NCBI GenBank assembly: GCA_964584805.1
Contig: CAZPAY010000007.1
Coordinates: forward strand, 8,117-72,116
Origin: an uncultured Planctomycetales bacterium
Lineage (GTDB): Bacteria > Planctomycetota > UBA1135
Reading direction: 5' to 3'
Length of the DNA stretch: 64,000 nt
Part shown: in pieces, positions 38,450-48,714 of the stretch
How the letters are laid out: each line of letters starts with the position of its first letter
Position numbering within the stretch: the stretch's first letter is position 1
The notes under the pieces: model-generated
The model's database searches: none
What the model was told of the DNA's origin: nothing
What the model saw: only the letters and a program-made list of their open reading frames with translations
Translations under genes and position numbers: made by a program

Positions 38450-39454
38450 TTATACCGTGGGCCAATCGCCGGACCAAATCGGCTGCGACTTTGGAACAGA
38501 ATCCAATTGCCAAACCGCCAAAAGGCTAGCCAAATCACACTCAAGAGGTGTTTCTTGTAAGCCTGACCAGAAAGCCAGCAAGCCGAGAATTTCATCAGCC
38601 GTGTGGCCGGCCTCTCGGAAGGCACGGATGGTCGTATCACCATGACGCTTCGCTAGCCGCCTACCATCGGCGCCAACAACGAGCGGCAAATGTGCCCAAC
38701 GAGGCGGTGTCTTACCCAGAGCCATGTAAATCAACTCTTGTCGCGCCGCACTAGAGAATAAATCTTCGGCCCGTAAGACATCGGTAACGCCTTGGTCGGC
38801 ATCATCGACGACCACAGCTAATTGATAGGCGGGCTCGTCATCTTTCTTCCAAATGACAAAATCACCAAGTTCTTTTTGCACTTGCCAAGTGCGCTCACCG
38901 AGAAAACGATCTCGCACCGTTAGTGTTTGCGCATTCAGCCCCGCAAAGCGTTGAATCGCCGCGGAAATGTCAAATCGCCAGCAGGGCTTGCGACCCGTTT
39001 CGATTTCGATGGATTGATTGACTTGTTGAATCTGATGGGTTTGAAAAGCCAAAAGGGAATCGCGCCATTTGGCGCGGCAAGTACCAGGATAGATTGGCCC
39101 CTCTTCGGCGGTATGAGGAGCACTTGCGGCCAATTCGACATCTTTACGCGAACAAACGCAAGGGTACGCCAGGCCTGCCAGTGCCAATTCCACAAGAGCA
39201 GATTGATATTCAGGCAGGCGAGATTGTTGGTAGAAAGGGCCGTCGTCCCAGTCGAGGCCGAGCCAGTTGAGGTCGACAATCGCAGCCTCGGCAGCACCTT
39301 TGTTTATTCGAGGCCCATCGAGGTCCTCAATGCGCAAAATCAGCTGGCCACCGCGCGCACGCATATCCAACCACGCAAGTAAAAAGCTGCGAGCATTCCC
39401 TAAGTGCAAAACGCCTGTCGGACTCGGAGCGAGCCGCCCCCGGATGGTAGTCAT
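38450..39454 (-). CDS. gluQ: Glutamyl-Q tRNA(Asp) synthetase
   Basis: Motifs RLAPSPTG.LHLGN, RIEDLD, YPCVCSR, YPGTCR, AYQLAVVVDD, LAKRHG. No anticodon-binding domain. Confidence 0.9.
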   Translation of the reverse strand: MTTIRGRLAPSPTGVLHLGNARSFLLAWLDMRARGGQLILRIEDLDGPRINKGAAEAAIVDLNWLGLDWDDGPFYQQSRLPEYQSALVELALAGLAYPCVCSRKDVELAASAPHTAEEGPIYPGTCRAKWRDSLLAFQTHQIQQVNQSIEIETGRKPCWRFDISAAIQRFAGLNAQTLTVRDRFLGERTWQVQKELGDFVIWKKDDEPAYQLAVVVDDADQGVTDVLRAEDLFSSAARQELIYMALGKTPPRWAHLPLVVGADGRRLAKRHGDTTIRAFREAGHTADEILGLLAFWSGLQETPLECDLASLLAVWQLDSVPKSQPIWSGDWPTV

Positions 39455-39458
39455 GGCT

Positions 39459-40088
39459 TCATTCTAATCGGCGCAAAGGCGGAGCGGCTAAAACCAAGGC
39501 GCGGACATCTCGCGCACCGGCAGCTCGCAGAGCACGAGCCGACTCTCTTAAACTTGCACCCGTTGTGCGAACATCGTCAACCAGAACGACTTGCCGTGGA
39601 GCTGCAGCCCGACAAGTAAAACTACCACACAAATTACTCAGCCTTTCATCTGCATTTTGGCTAGCCTGACCGGGGCGTTGATTCCTGCGGCTTAACAAAC
39701 GGGGATTTGTGTAATGGCCCTTGGATTGCAATGCACTTAGCAATACTTCCGGCAAGTACCACCCGCTCAATCGTCGCTTGCGAGAAGGCGGCACCATAGC
39801 CCAGGCCCTGCCGAGCTGAGGGGGCCCAACTTGCTCGGCAAATTGCTCGGCCAACCAATACGCGGCAGCACATCCTGAATTTTCTTTGCCAAGCAAAACC
39901 AGTTTGCGGACCGCTTCTTCATACTGCCACAAAGCGCGCCATGGCGGCGATTCTTGCGAGCGATATCCATGAACATCTTGTGCCATTTCTATGGAAAGCG
40001 CGCAAGCGATGCAAAAGGGTGGTTTCTGAACACCGGGAGCCTGACATGCGGCACAGCTGGGTGACAAGAATGCGTCAATCCAAGGCAT
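39459..40088 (-). CDS. ComF family phosphoribosyltransferase-like protein
   Basis: N-terminal CAAC...CIAC; ER..NL.GSF; VVLVDDVRTTGASL. Start uncertain. Confidence 0.85.
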   Translation of the reverse strand: MPWIDAFLSPSCAACQAPGVQKPPFCIACALSIEMAQDVHGYRSQESPPWRALWQYEEAVRKLVLLGKENSGCAAAYWLAEQFAEQVGPPQLGRAWAMVPPSRKRRLSGWYLPEVLLSALQSKGHYTNPRLLSRRNQRPGQASQNADERLSNLCGSFTCRAAAPRQVVLVDDVRTTGASLRESARALRAAGARDVRALVLAAPPLRRLE

Positions 40089-40192
40089 GGCCCAGTCGCA
40101 GGCACGCGTCTTCGATGCCTGCACGAACTCAAGAATGTAATCCATACCTTGTAGACGGTTTCACCGCCCCAAAGTGACACTCTTGCGTGTTT

Positions 40193-40789
40193 TTATTTCA
40201 GGCCACTTCCAAAGCGCGCACTGCCCTGTGGCAAGCCAAGCGCCTCTCGAACTTTTGCGACAAAACTCTCTAGAGTGTCTTGACCGGTAGATTCAACGCC
40301 AAACAGCGCACCCATCTCGCGGGTCATTTGAATATTGTCTTCAAATGAAAACGGATAAAGACTCAAGTGAACTTTGATGTAACGCCGCATCGCGTTGTCG
40401 ACATATTTACCCAAAAGTGAAATAAACAAAATCGCCAAGAAAAGCAAAGCACCAATGCCGTAAAGCTCAAGCTGCAAATTGCGTGGCCCGGGAATCAATA
40501 GCCCAGCTAAGACCAAAGCATTGCCAAGAATCAAAAAGATTGCAGCTGCCTGACCACGCGCCTTGGCGTGAAGGGCATTACGCAAAGCATCAAGCGTCAA
40601 ACCCGAACCACCCAGGATGCTCGCCAATCTCATCCGTGGGCGCCCTCGGCCCATCGATGACAGCAGGAAAGCACCGGACAAGGACAAGCAAACAAAGCCC
40701 AAAATGACCCAATCGAGGTCAACCTTGAGGAGCAGTGAATCGGCAGCTTGGAGAGGCGGCATGGAAAGCATATTAGCGACTACTCCCAC
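40193..40789 (-). CDS. Hypothetical membrane protein (about 3 TM segments)
   Basis: Three hydrophobic stretches; fills the gap between guaA and the ComF gene. Start uncertain. Confidence 0.65.
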   Translation of the reverse strand: MGVVANMLSMPPLQAADSLLLKVDLDWVILGFVCLSLSGAFLLSSMGRGRPRMRLASILGGSGLTLDALRNALHAKARGQAAAIFLILGNALVLAGLLIPGPRNLQLELYGIGALLFLAILFISLLGKYVDNAMRRYIKVHLSLYPFSFEDNIQMTREMGALFGVESTGQDTLESFVAKVREALGLPQGSARFGSGLK

Positions 40790-42333
40790 TCTATGGTGCC
40801 GGGTGGTTTGGAAGTGATATCGAGCACGACTCGGTTAATCCCGCGCACCTCATTAATGATGCGCCCTGAAATAGCGGCAAGCGCCTCACGACTCGGATAG
40901 ACCCAATCGGCCGTCATGCCATCAAGTGATTGCACCATACGGATGGCAACCGCCTCTTCGTAAGTGCGCTTATCACCCATGACCCCCACCGAACGCGCGC
41001 CAGTCAGCACAGCAAAATACTGCCAAACATCATCGACCTCGCCGCGCGCCTCTAACTCACTCGTTACGATGGCGTCGGCGGCACGCAAAAGCGCAATCCG
41101 CTCAGGAGTACATTCACCGACGCATCGCACCCCAAGCCCTGGGCCTGGGAAAGGCTGGCGGTCGACAAGAATGTCGGGCAAACCGAGACAACGCCCGATT
41201 TCACGGCCCTCATCTTTGAAGAAAAGGCGCAGTGGCTCAACGAGCTCAAGCTCAAGGTCATCAGGGAGGCCCCCAACATTATGGTGCGACTTAATCACCT
41301 CAGTCGCGCCACCATGTGCGGCAACCGACTCGATCACATCGGGGTAAAGCGTGCCTTGGCCGAGAAACTTGGCTTTAGGGAATTGCTTGACGGCATCGCG
41401 AAAGACCTCGATGAACTCATGGCCGATTATTTTGCGCTTGGTCTCAGGGTCGGTGACACCGGCCAACTTTCCTAAAAAGCGATCGGCCGCATCGACGACA
41501 GTCAAATCTAGCTCAAAGTGATTGCAAAACTCATTTTCAACTAAATCGCGCTCACCTGCGCGTAGCAAACCGTTGTCGACAAAAATGGCATGGCAGCGAT
41601 GCCCAATGGCCTTTTGGCAGATTGCGCCCACCACACTTGAATCGACTCCGCCCGACAGGCCCAAAATCATCTCGCCGTCGGCGCCCAGTTGCTCGGAAAC
41701 GGATGCGACCATCTCTTCGGCGAGATTGCCTGGCGTCCAGTCACCTGCGCACGCGCACACACCTATTAAAAAGTTACGCAACATCGTCGCGCCTTCTTGC
41801 GAATGCGCCACTTCGGGGTGAAACTGCAGTGCATAAAAACGCCGCGCGCCATCGCCAATTGCGGCCTCGGGGCAATGAGCCGTGTGCGCCAAACGCTCAA
41901 AGCCGACGGGCAGTTGCGCAACACGATCGCCGTGGCTCATCCAGACGACCGTTTCCGTAGAAACTCCTCTAAATAGGCCATCAGAAGCCCCAACGGTCAT
42001 CTCCGTAAAACCAAACTCGCGCGTTTCACCTGGGACAACTTTGCCGCCGAGCTGCTCACATATCCATTGCATGCCATAGCAAATGCCCAAAACGGGCACG
42101 CCGGCCTCAAGAATCGAATCGTCTAAAAATGGAGCACCACTTTCATATGCACTTGCAGGGCCACCCGACAAAACAATGCCGCGCAAACCTTCACCTAGAT
42201 GCTCATGCGCGACCTGAGCCGGCACGACTTCAGAGAAAATCCCATGCTCGCGCACACGGCGGGCAATGAGTTGGGTGTACTGCGACCCGAAGTCGACAAT
42301 CAGAATGCGTTCGTGCATGTTTTTTTCGTCCAA
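40780..42333 (-). CDS. guaA: GMP synthase (glutamine-hydrolysing)
   Basis: Motifs DFGSQYTQLIARR, GICYGMQ, QFHPEV, SGGVDS, IKSHHNVGG, KPPGTIEWE. Confidence 0.98.
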   Translation of the reverse strand: MDEKNMHERILIVDFGSQYTQLIARRVREHGIFSEVVPAQVAHEHLGEGLRGIVLSGGPASAYESGAPFLDDSILEAGVPVLGICYGMQWICEQLGGKVVPGETREFGFTEMTVGASDGLFRGVSTETVVWMSHGDRVAQLPVGFERLAHTAHCPEAAIGDGARRFYALQFHPEVAHSQEGATMLRNFLIGVCACAGDWTPGNLAEEMVASVSEQLGADGEMILGLSGGVDSSVVGAICQKAIGHRCHAIFVDNGLLRAGERDLVENEFCNHFELDLTVVDAADRFLGKLAGVTDPETKRKIIGHEFIEVFRDAVKQFPKAKFLGQGTLYPDVIESVAAHGGATEVIKSHHNVGGLPDDLELELVEPLRLFFKDEGREIGRCLGLPDILVDRQPFPGPGLGVRCVGECTPERIALLRAADAIVTSELEARGEVDDVWQYFAVLTGARSVGVMGDKRTYEEAVAIRMVQSLDGMTADWVYPSREALAAISGRIINEVRGINRVVLDITSKPPGTIEWE

Positions 42334-42359
42334 TCAAAAAGACTGACTCGGCAACTCGA

Positions 42360-43808
42360 TTAATCGGCCATCCAGTAGTTTGGCGCTTCTTTTGTAATGC
42401 GCACATCATGTGGGTGGCTCTCTTTCATGCCCGCGCCAGAGATGCGGACGAAACGCGCTTTGGCACGGAAGACATCCATGTCTTCGGCACCGACATAACC
42501 CATGCCCGCGCGAATACCGCCGACAAATTGATAGATAAAAGGCCCCAGCGCACCGCGACTCGGCACCATGCCTTCAATGCCTTCTGGCACCAATTTGTTG
42601 GATTCATGAACCCCAGCTTGGCCATAACGCGCTTTACCGCCCTCAACCATTGCGGCGAGAGAGCCCATACCTCGGACGGATTTAAACGACCGCCCCTGAA
42701 ACAAAAACGACTCGCCCGGGCTTTCGTCAACGCCAGCGAGCAAACTGCCAAGCATCAAGCAGGAAGCACCCGCACCCAGAGCTTTGACGGCGTCGCCAGA
42801 GTGGCGAATCCCGCCATCGGCAATGACGGGCACCTCAAATGAGGCACAGATTTGCGACACATCGTAAACGGCGGTGAATTGCGGCACACCCACCCCTGCG
42901 ACCACGCGCGTGGTGCAAATCGAACCCGGGCCAATACCGACTTTGACAGCGTCGGCTCCTGCGTCAATCAAAGCCTCAGCAGCAGCGGCGGTCGCAATAT
43001 TGCCCGCCACGACATCCACTAAATCACGGCGCTTGAGCTCACGAACGGTGTCCATCACATTTGAACTGTGGCCATGTGCGGTGTCGACCACGAGGACATC
43101 GACACCAGCCTCAACCAATGCCTCCGCACGGTCGTAATCGTGCACACCGACTGCAGCGCCTGTAAGCAAGCGGCCCTCGCCATCTTTGGCCGCCCCGGGG
43201 TACTCAGCATTCATGCGAATATCACGCATCGTAATGAGACCCTCAAGATTCATTTTGTCGTCGACCAAGAGCAGTTTCTCAACCTTAGATTGATGCAAAA
43301 TCCGTTTGGCGTCTTCAAGCGAAGTATTGGCCGGAGCCGTGACCAAATTATCTTTAGTCATCACATCACTCACGGGTTGAGCATCGCGACCTTGGAATTT
43401 GAGGTCGCGTTGAGTCAAAATGCCTACGAGCCGGTCACCCTGAAGGACGGGGAAACCAGAAATCCCGTGGTCGGCCATCAAGCGACGCGCATCGGCCACG
43501 GTGTCAGTCGGCTCAAGAGTGAGCGGATCGGAAATCACACCATGGGCGGAACGCTTGACCACGTCGACCTCGGCCACCTGCCTCTCAATACTGAGATTAC
43601 GGTGGATAATGCCAATGCCACCTTGTTGAGCCAGCGCAATGGCAAGAGCCGATTCCGTAACCGTATCCATGGCTGCAGACGCCACCGGGATGCTCAAATT
43701 CACATTGCGCGAAAAGCGTGTGAGCGTGCGGGCCTCAGTCGGCAAGACATCCGACTCTTGTGGAGCCAAGAGGACATCATCAAAGGTAAGCGCGAGTGGC
43801 AGTTCCAT
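42360..43808 (-). CDS. guaB: IMP dehydrogenase with CBS pair
   Basis: Motifs [43 protein letters not shown]. Confidence 0.98.
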   Translation of the reverse strand: MELPLALTFDDVLLAPQESDVLPTEARTLTRFSRNVNLSIPVASAAMDTVTESALAIALAQQGGIGIIHRNLSIERQVAEVDVVKRSAHGVISDPLTLEPTDTVADARRLMADHGISGFPVLQGDRLVGILTQRDLKFQGRDAQPVSDVMTKDNLVTAPANTSLEDAKRILHQSKVEKLLLVDDKMNLEGLITMRDIRMNAEYPGAAKDGEGRLLTGAAVGVHDYDRAEALVEAGVDVLVVDTAHGHSSNVMDTVRELKRRDLVDVVAGNIATAAAAEALIDAGADAVKVGIGPGSICTTRVVAGVGVPQFTAVYDVSQICASFEVPVIADGGIRHSGDAVKALGAGASCLMLGSLLAGVDESPGESFLFQGRSFKSVRGMGSLAAMVEGGKARYGQAGVHESNKLVPEGIEGMVPSRGALGPFIYQFVGGIRAGMGYVGAEDMDVFRAKARFVRISGAGMKESHPHDVRITKEAPNYWMAD

Positions 43809-43951
43809 AGTTTATTTTAACGGCATCCGCCCCCGCTTCATAGCCCTGAATTTCGCAGAAAATATAGGGGAATCCGATGAAAGCGGGGTGGGATGCTGTC
43901 AGAATGTGGCTTAAATCTGTTGGGCCCGATTCGGGTCAATGGAGAACTTCC

Positions 43952-45916
43952 ATGTCCACTGAAATAAAAGCACCTTTCCCTGGTACGCCTGCCACCGCAG
44001 ACGGCTCAACCATGGTGGCTTACGTCGAAACAAACATCGGCGAAGCTGCTTGTGGTTACCCCATTACTTCCTCGACCACGATGGGGCAGATTTTCGAGGT
44101 TTCGGCTGCCAATGGCGCGAAAAACCTCTGGGATACCCCCATCGCCTTCTTCGAGCCAGAGTCTGAGCACTCGGCGGCATCGGCCTGCGAAGGTTACGCA
44201 GCAGCCGGCGGTCGCGTCACGACATTCACGTCAGGCCAAGGTTTGGTCTTAATGAAAGAAGTGCTCTACACGATTTCGGGTAAGCGCCTGCCGGCTGTAT
44301 TCCACATCGGCGCGCGCGCACTGACTTCGCACTCACTCAACGTGCACGCCGGTCACGACGATGTCATGGCTGTGACCGATTGCGGTTGGGGCATCTTGAT
44401 GGCGCGTAATGCTCAGGAGTCTGCTGATTTGGGTTTGATTTGTCGCCGAGTTGCGGAAGACACGGACACTCCGTTCATGAATGTGCAAGATGGTTTCTTG
44501 ACCACGCACACGGTTGAAAATGTTTTGATGCCTGAGCCAGAATTCATGAAAGAATTCATTGGCGACCCACGCGCAAAAATTAAAGATTTGATGTCAACCG
44601 ATACCGCCATCATGTCGGGTTGCGTCCAAAACCAAGACTCTTACATGAAAGGCAAGATTGCTCAGCGCGCGTTTTACGACTTGCTCGTGCCTGCGCTTGA
44701 AGAGAGTTTTGCCGAATACAAAAAGCAAACCGGGCGCTCGCTTGATTTCATCCAGTCGCACCGGTGCGAAGACGCGGATCACATCATTGTCGGCATGGGC
44801 ACCATGATGGAAACCACAGCCGCCACCGTCGACTGGATGCGCGAAAACACGGACCTAAAAGTCGGTTGCGTTTCTGTCATCAGCTTGCGCCCCTTCCCTG
44901 GGCCGCAACTGGCCAAGGTTTTGAGCGGCGCCAAGACGGTTGCTGTGATTGAGCGGTTAGATATCCCCTCCGCCCAAAGCAACCCACTCGCCGCTGAGAT
45001 TAAGGCGGCTTTGTTTGATGCTGCTGTTGGCGCACCTGGCTACGAGAAAATCGAGGCCATGCCTGCGCTTTACCATGGGTCTGGTGGGCTTGGCTCACGC
45101 GATATCCGCCCCGGCGACATTGTTTCACTTTTTGAGCATATCGCGGAAGGCCGCGAAACATCGGCCGGTCGTTACTTCTCCATCGGCATTGAGCATCCGA
45201 CGGCAATCACAATGGGCATTGACCCTGACGTACGCCCTGCCGGCTCGTTCTCGATGCGTGGTCACTCAGTTGGCGGTTACGGTTCAGTTACGACCAACAA
45301 GGTCATCGGCACATTGGTGGCTGACCTCTTTGATAAAGAGGTGCAGGCCTATCCGAAATATGGTTCTGAGAAAAAGGGTCTGCCTACGACTTACTTCCTG
45401 ACCATTGCCGACAGTCACATCCCGATTCACTGCGAGTTGCACAAAGTGGAATTTGTGCCGCTTAATGATGTCAATGCCTTCCGCAACGGCAACCCGCTGT
45501 TCGGCTTGGTGGAAGGCGGTGCGATGTTACTGCAATCCCCCGCCAATGACCCCGAGCAAGTTTGGCGTGGCATCCCTGCGGCCGCTCGCGAGGGCATTCG
45601 TGAAAAGGGTATCCGCGTTTACTACCTCGACATGGTTGAGACGGCGCGTGATATCGCTTCAAGCCCTGACTTAGTTCAGCGCATGCAAGGCATTGTGCTT
45701 TTAGGTGTATTCCTGAAAGTGACTCCATTCGCTGAGCAATCGGGCCTCACGGATGAAACACTCCTTGGGGGTGTTGAGCGCAGTTTGCGGAAATACTTCG
45801 GGCGACGCGGTGACAAAGTGGTCGCCGAAAACCTCGAATGCGTGCGGCGCGGTATCGCGGATGTCCGCGAGGTTTCACGCGAAATCATCGAATCTGAAAT
45901 CAATCTAGAGGTCTGA
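43952..45916 (+). CDS. Pyruvate:ferredoxin/flavodoxin oxidoreductase, N-terminal part (alpha+gamma domains)
   Basis: Motifs YPITSST, ESEH, FTSGQGL, QDGFLTTH, GGYGSVTTNK, YGSEKKG. Start MSTEIK with GGAG RBS. Confidence 0.9.
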   Translation: MSTEIKAPFPGTPATADGSTMVAYVETNIGEAACGYPITSSTTMGQIFEVSAANGAKNLWDTPIAFFEPESEHSAASACEGYAAAGGRVTTFTSGQGLVLMKEVLYTISGKRLPAVFHIGARALTSHSLNVHAGHDDVMAVTDCGWGILMARNAQESADLGLICRRVAEDTDTPFMNVQDGFLTTHTVENVLMPEPEFMKEFIGDPRAKIKDLMSTDTAIMSGCVQNQDSYMKGKIAQRAFYDLLVPALEESFAEYKKQTGRSLDFIQSHRCEDADHIIVGMGTMMETTAATVDWMRENTDLKVGCVSVISLRPFPGPQLAKVLSGAKTVAVIERLDIPSAQSNPLAAEIKAALFDAAVGAPGYEKIEAMPALYHGSGGLGSRDIRPGDIVSLFEHIAEGRETSAGRYFSIGIEHPTAITMGIDPDVRPAGSFSMRGHSVGGYGSVTTNKVIGTLVADLFDKEVQAYPKYGSEKKGLPTTYFLTIADSHIPIHCELHKVEFVPLNDVNAFRNGNPLFGLVEGGAMLLQSPANDPEQVWRGIPAAAREGIREKGIRVYYLDMVETARDIASSPDLVQRMQGIVLLGVFLKVTPFAEQSGLTDETLLGGVERSLRKYFGRRGDKVVAENLECVRRGIADVREVSREIIESEINLEV

Positions 45917-45926
45917 GGGTTAAACC

Positions 45927-47495
45927 ATGAGCAACCACACACAACAAGACATGTTTGAGCTCCTCGATTTTGAGGATTTTAACGAGCGCATCATTCGCGC
46001 CTACAACGATGGCTCAGCCGAAATGGGCCTGCCTGCTGACATCTCGACCGCTCGCTCGGTCATGGCCCCCGGCACGGGTCGCATGCGTGATTTTTCTTAT
46101 ATCGCGCCTGAGATTCCGATTTTCTTCAATGACAATTGCGTCGGTTGCATGGAGTGCGTCACTTCCTGCCCCGACACGGCCATCCTTGGCAAAGTTTTAC
46201 CCAAATCTGAATTTGACTCCAAAGTTGCCGAGCTTGCCGGCACGGCCAAAGATCAATTTGAAGGCTCTTTCTCTACCACGAAAAAGTTCTACAACATGAT
46301 TGAGAAAAAGGGTGGCGACCCTGGCATGTTTGGTATTTTCGTTGACCCGACCAAATGCAAGGGATGTGGCGAGTGCGTTGAGGTTTGTGATGACGAGGCG
46401 CTTGCGATGCAAGACAAGTCGGAACAAGGCTTGCCGCACTTCAAAGAGACTTTTGACATCTTCAAGAATCTGCCCGACACTTCTGATGATTACATCAACG
46501 AAAAAGTGTTGAGCGACATGATGCTCAAGCAAGAGGCGCTTGATGGTTTTGTCGGTGGTGCCGGTGCTTGCATGGGTTGCGGCGAGGTGACTTGCCTGCG
46601 CATGATGTTGGCCGCGACTAATTTTGTTTACGGTCCAGAGAGTTTGGGCATGGTCGCCGCGACAGGCTGCAACACGGTTTACGCATCAACCTACCCCTAC
46701 AACCCATACACCGCCCCATGGATGAACTCGCTCTTTGAAAACTGCGCGACGACCGCCGCGGGTGTGCGTTTGCGTTGGGATCAATCCGGCCGCAAAGACA
46801 AAAAGCTTTGGGCGATTGGCGGCGATGGCGGCATGCTTGATATTGGTTTTCAGGCTCTGAGTCGCGTGTTGACTTCTGACCTTGATATCAATGTGATGGT
46901 GCTTGATACGCAGGTCTACTCCAACACGGGTGGCCAAACTTCCGGCTCAACTTTCTTTGCTCAAGAATCAAAATTGTCGGCCCACGGCAAGGTGACTCCA
47001 GGCAAAGTTGAGATGCGGAAGGAGGCGGCGCAAATCGCGATGATGCATCCGAATGTATTTGTGGCTTGTGTCTCGGCGGCCTTCCCCGCCCACTTCTATC
47101 GTGCCATCATGGCGGCCAACGAGTACGAAGGCCCAAGCTTGATTATTGCTTACACGACCTGCCAACCCGAGCACGGCGTCGGCGACGAGATGAGTAACGC
47201 TCAATCCAAGCTGGCTGTCGAAAGCCGCACCTTCCCGCTGCTTGTCCATGACCCCCGCGAAGGCAAATTATTGCGCGAGCGTTTAAGTCTAAAGGGCAAT
47301 CCAAAAATCAAAGAGGACTGGATGAAAAAGCCGAAGACCGACGATGATTTAACCTTTGTCGATTTTGCCCGCACCGAAGGTCGTTTCCGCAAGCACTTTG
47401 ACAAAGACGGCAACCCATCTGAAGCTTTGATGTCCAGTAATGACCACCGGCTTCACACCGGGCGGCGTCTGCAAGAGAGGGCCGTAGTTATCTAG
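45927..47495 (+). CDS. Pyruvate:ferredoxin/flavodoxin oxidoreductase, C-terminal part (2x4Fe-4S + TPP-binding domains)
   Basis: Motifs CVGCMECVTSCP, CKGCGECVEVC, GACMGCGE, ATGC, GGDG, DTQVYSNTGGQ. Confidence 0.9.
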   Translation: MSNHTQQDMFELLDFEDFNERIIRAYNDGSAEMGLPADISTARSVMAPGTGRMRDFSYIAPEIPIFFNDNCVGCMECVTSCPDTAILGKVLPKSEFDSKVAELAGTAKDQFEGSFSTTKKFYNMIEKKGGDPGMFGIFVDPTKCKGCGECVEVCDDEALAMQDKSEQGLPHFKETFDIFKNLPDTSDDYINEKVLSDMMLKQEALDGFVGGAGACMGCGEVTCLRMMLAATNFVYGPESLGMVAATGCNTVYASTYPYNPYTAPWMNSLFENCATTAAGVRLRWDQSGRKDKKLWAIGGDGGMLDIGFQALSRVLTSDLDINVMVLDTQVYSNTGGQTSGSTFFAQESKLSAHGKVTPGKVEMRKEAAQIAMMHPNVFVACVSAAFPAHFYRAIMAANEYEGPSLIIAYTTCQPEHGVGDEMSNAQSKLAVESRTFPLLVHDPREGKLLRERLSLKGNPKIKEDWMKKPKTDDDLTFVDFARTEGRFRKHFDKDGNPSEALMSSNDHRLHTGRRLQERAVVI

Positions 47496-47516
47496 TTGCT
47501 AACGGGGTGCCCGAAA

Positions 47517-47548
47517 GGGCCCAGCGGCGGTTGCCGCTGGCCCATTTT
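47517..47548 (+). terminator. Probable terminator hairpin after the PFOR genes
   Basis: ccagcggc-ggtt-gccgctgg stem (47521-47540), extendable by ggg/ccc, followed by atttt. Confidence 0.55.
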
Positions 47549-47643
47549 CGCAATTTGAAATAAATATGAATTGGTTGTCCAAGTAATGACTATTTGACTC
47601 TTAGTGTTCAGAAGGAGTTCACTTTGTTCTCCAGCGTATAGTC

Positions 47644-48231
47644 ATGAAAACCACCGAACTTATTCAATTACTTGAGGAGAATGCCCCTCAAATCCAACGG
47701 GAATGGAGCGATTATCGCTCTGGCCCAACTCTAGACATGATGGCTCATGTCGGGCGAAAAGAGGACACCCACGCCTTCTTATTGCTCAAGGCTGGCAAAT
47801 TTGAGACGAAATATGCCCCCACATTCCCTCACACTTTGTCAATGCTGCGCCAAATACCCCATCTTCGCGGAGCGAGTTTTTTAACTGCGGTTCCACATGG
47901 CGAGTGTGGCCTGCACAGAGGGCAATACGGGGTACAGCGCACCTTGCTTGGCATCGATATCCCGAAAGACAACTATTTCGAATTAGAGGGTAAGTTCATC
48001 CAATATATTGAACAAAAATGCATCACATTCCATGACTACCAGGAACACCGTGGGCGCAATGGATCTGATATGCCGCGCACCGCATTAATCGTAGATTGTT
48101 GGTCACTGCCCTCGCGGTTTAGTAATCCACTGCGCGCAATTGGAGCACGGCTCTTTGACAAAACACGTTTCAAAAACGGGGATGCTCAACAAGCATTGCG
48201 CTTGCAGATGCATCTAGAGAGTCAGGGCTAG
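47644..48231 (+). CDS. Aspartyl/asparaginyl beta-hydroxylase family (Fe/2OG, LpxO-like) protein
   Basis: LLEEN..QI.RE, FP.T..ML..IP, HRG, R..LGI.IP, F.D..EH...N.SD..R..LIVD. The N-terminus may be damaged. Confidence 0.7.
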   Translation: MKTTELIQLLEENAPQIQREWSDYRSGPTLDMMAHVGRKEDTHAFLLLKAGKFETKYAPTFPHTLSMLRQIPHLRGASFLTAVPHGECGLHRGQYGVQRTLLGIDIPKDNYFELEGKFIQYIEQKCITFHDYQEHRGRNGSDMPRTALIVDCWSLPSRFSNPLRAIGARLFDKTRFKNGDAQQALRLQMHLESQG

Positions 48232-48683
48232 CGTTTGAATTGGCTCTCGTAAAGAGAAATCCAGTCTTGCGGCGACATCTTGTTTGCCAACTCGCCGACA
48301 AGTTCAAAAGGGGTATCACTCATTTTCTTAATGCGTATACAGCTCTTTCCCATATCTAACTTCCGCTTGCAATGTTTTGGAAATTCTGCCACGAACCAGG
48401 TGAGCAATTCGGGGTCGGCGTAAATCCCCATGTGATAGACCGCAATATAGTTTTTTTGTGATGCCAAGCCTAAGAAAGGCAGGGGTGTCTTGGGATCACA
48501 GTGATAACCATCTGGGTAAAGCGAGTGCGGCACGACCCAACTCGGCATGCCATATTGCATGACTTCTTCAAAACCATCGGGGAGGTGCGCGCGAATAGCC
48601 TCAAGCAAACGCGTAAATGGCTCAACACGATCTGCGGGCAATTCGTCGAGGTAAGCGGCTACTGTTTTTGCTTTTGATTGCAT
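48228..48683 (-). CDS. DUF1801 (YdhG-like) protein
   Basis: MQSKA.TV..YL..LP, FEE.MQYGMP, YHCDPK.PLPF, SQKNYI, LDMGKSCIR. Confidence 0.88.
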   Translation of the reverse strand: MQSKAKTVAAYLDELPADRVEPFTRLLEAIRAHLPDGFEEVMQYGMPSWVVPHSLYPDGYHCDPKTPLPFLGLASQKNYIAVYHMGIYADPELLTWFVAEFPKHCKRKLDMGKSCIRIKKMSDTPFELVGELANKMSPQDWISLYESQFKR

Positions 48684-48714
48684 GCTGTTGCCTTTCAGCC
48701 AAAACGAACGGATT

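Noticed and set aside
43068-43820. 250-aa plus-strand ORF
   Set aside because: It is entirely antisense to guaB, a typical shadow ORF in GC-rich DNA.
47509-47520. GCCC-GAAA-GGGC tetraloop hairpin as a possible structured RNA
   Set aside because: It has only a 4-bp stem, overlaps the terminator-like hairpin, and shows no further ribozyme or riboswitch elements.
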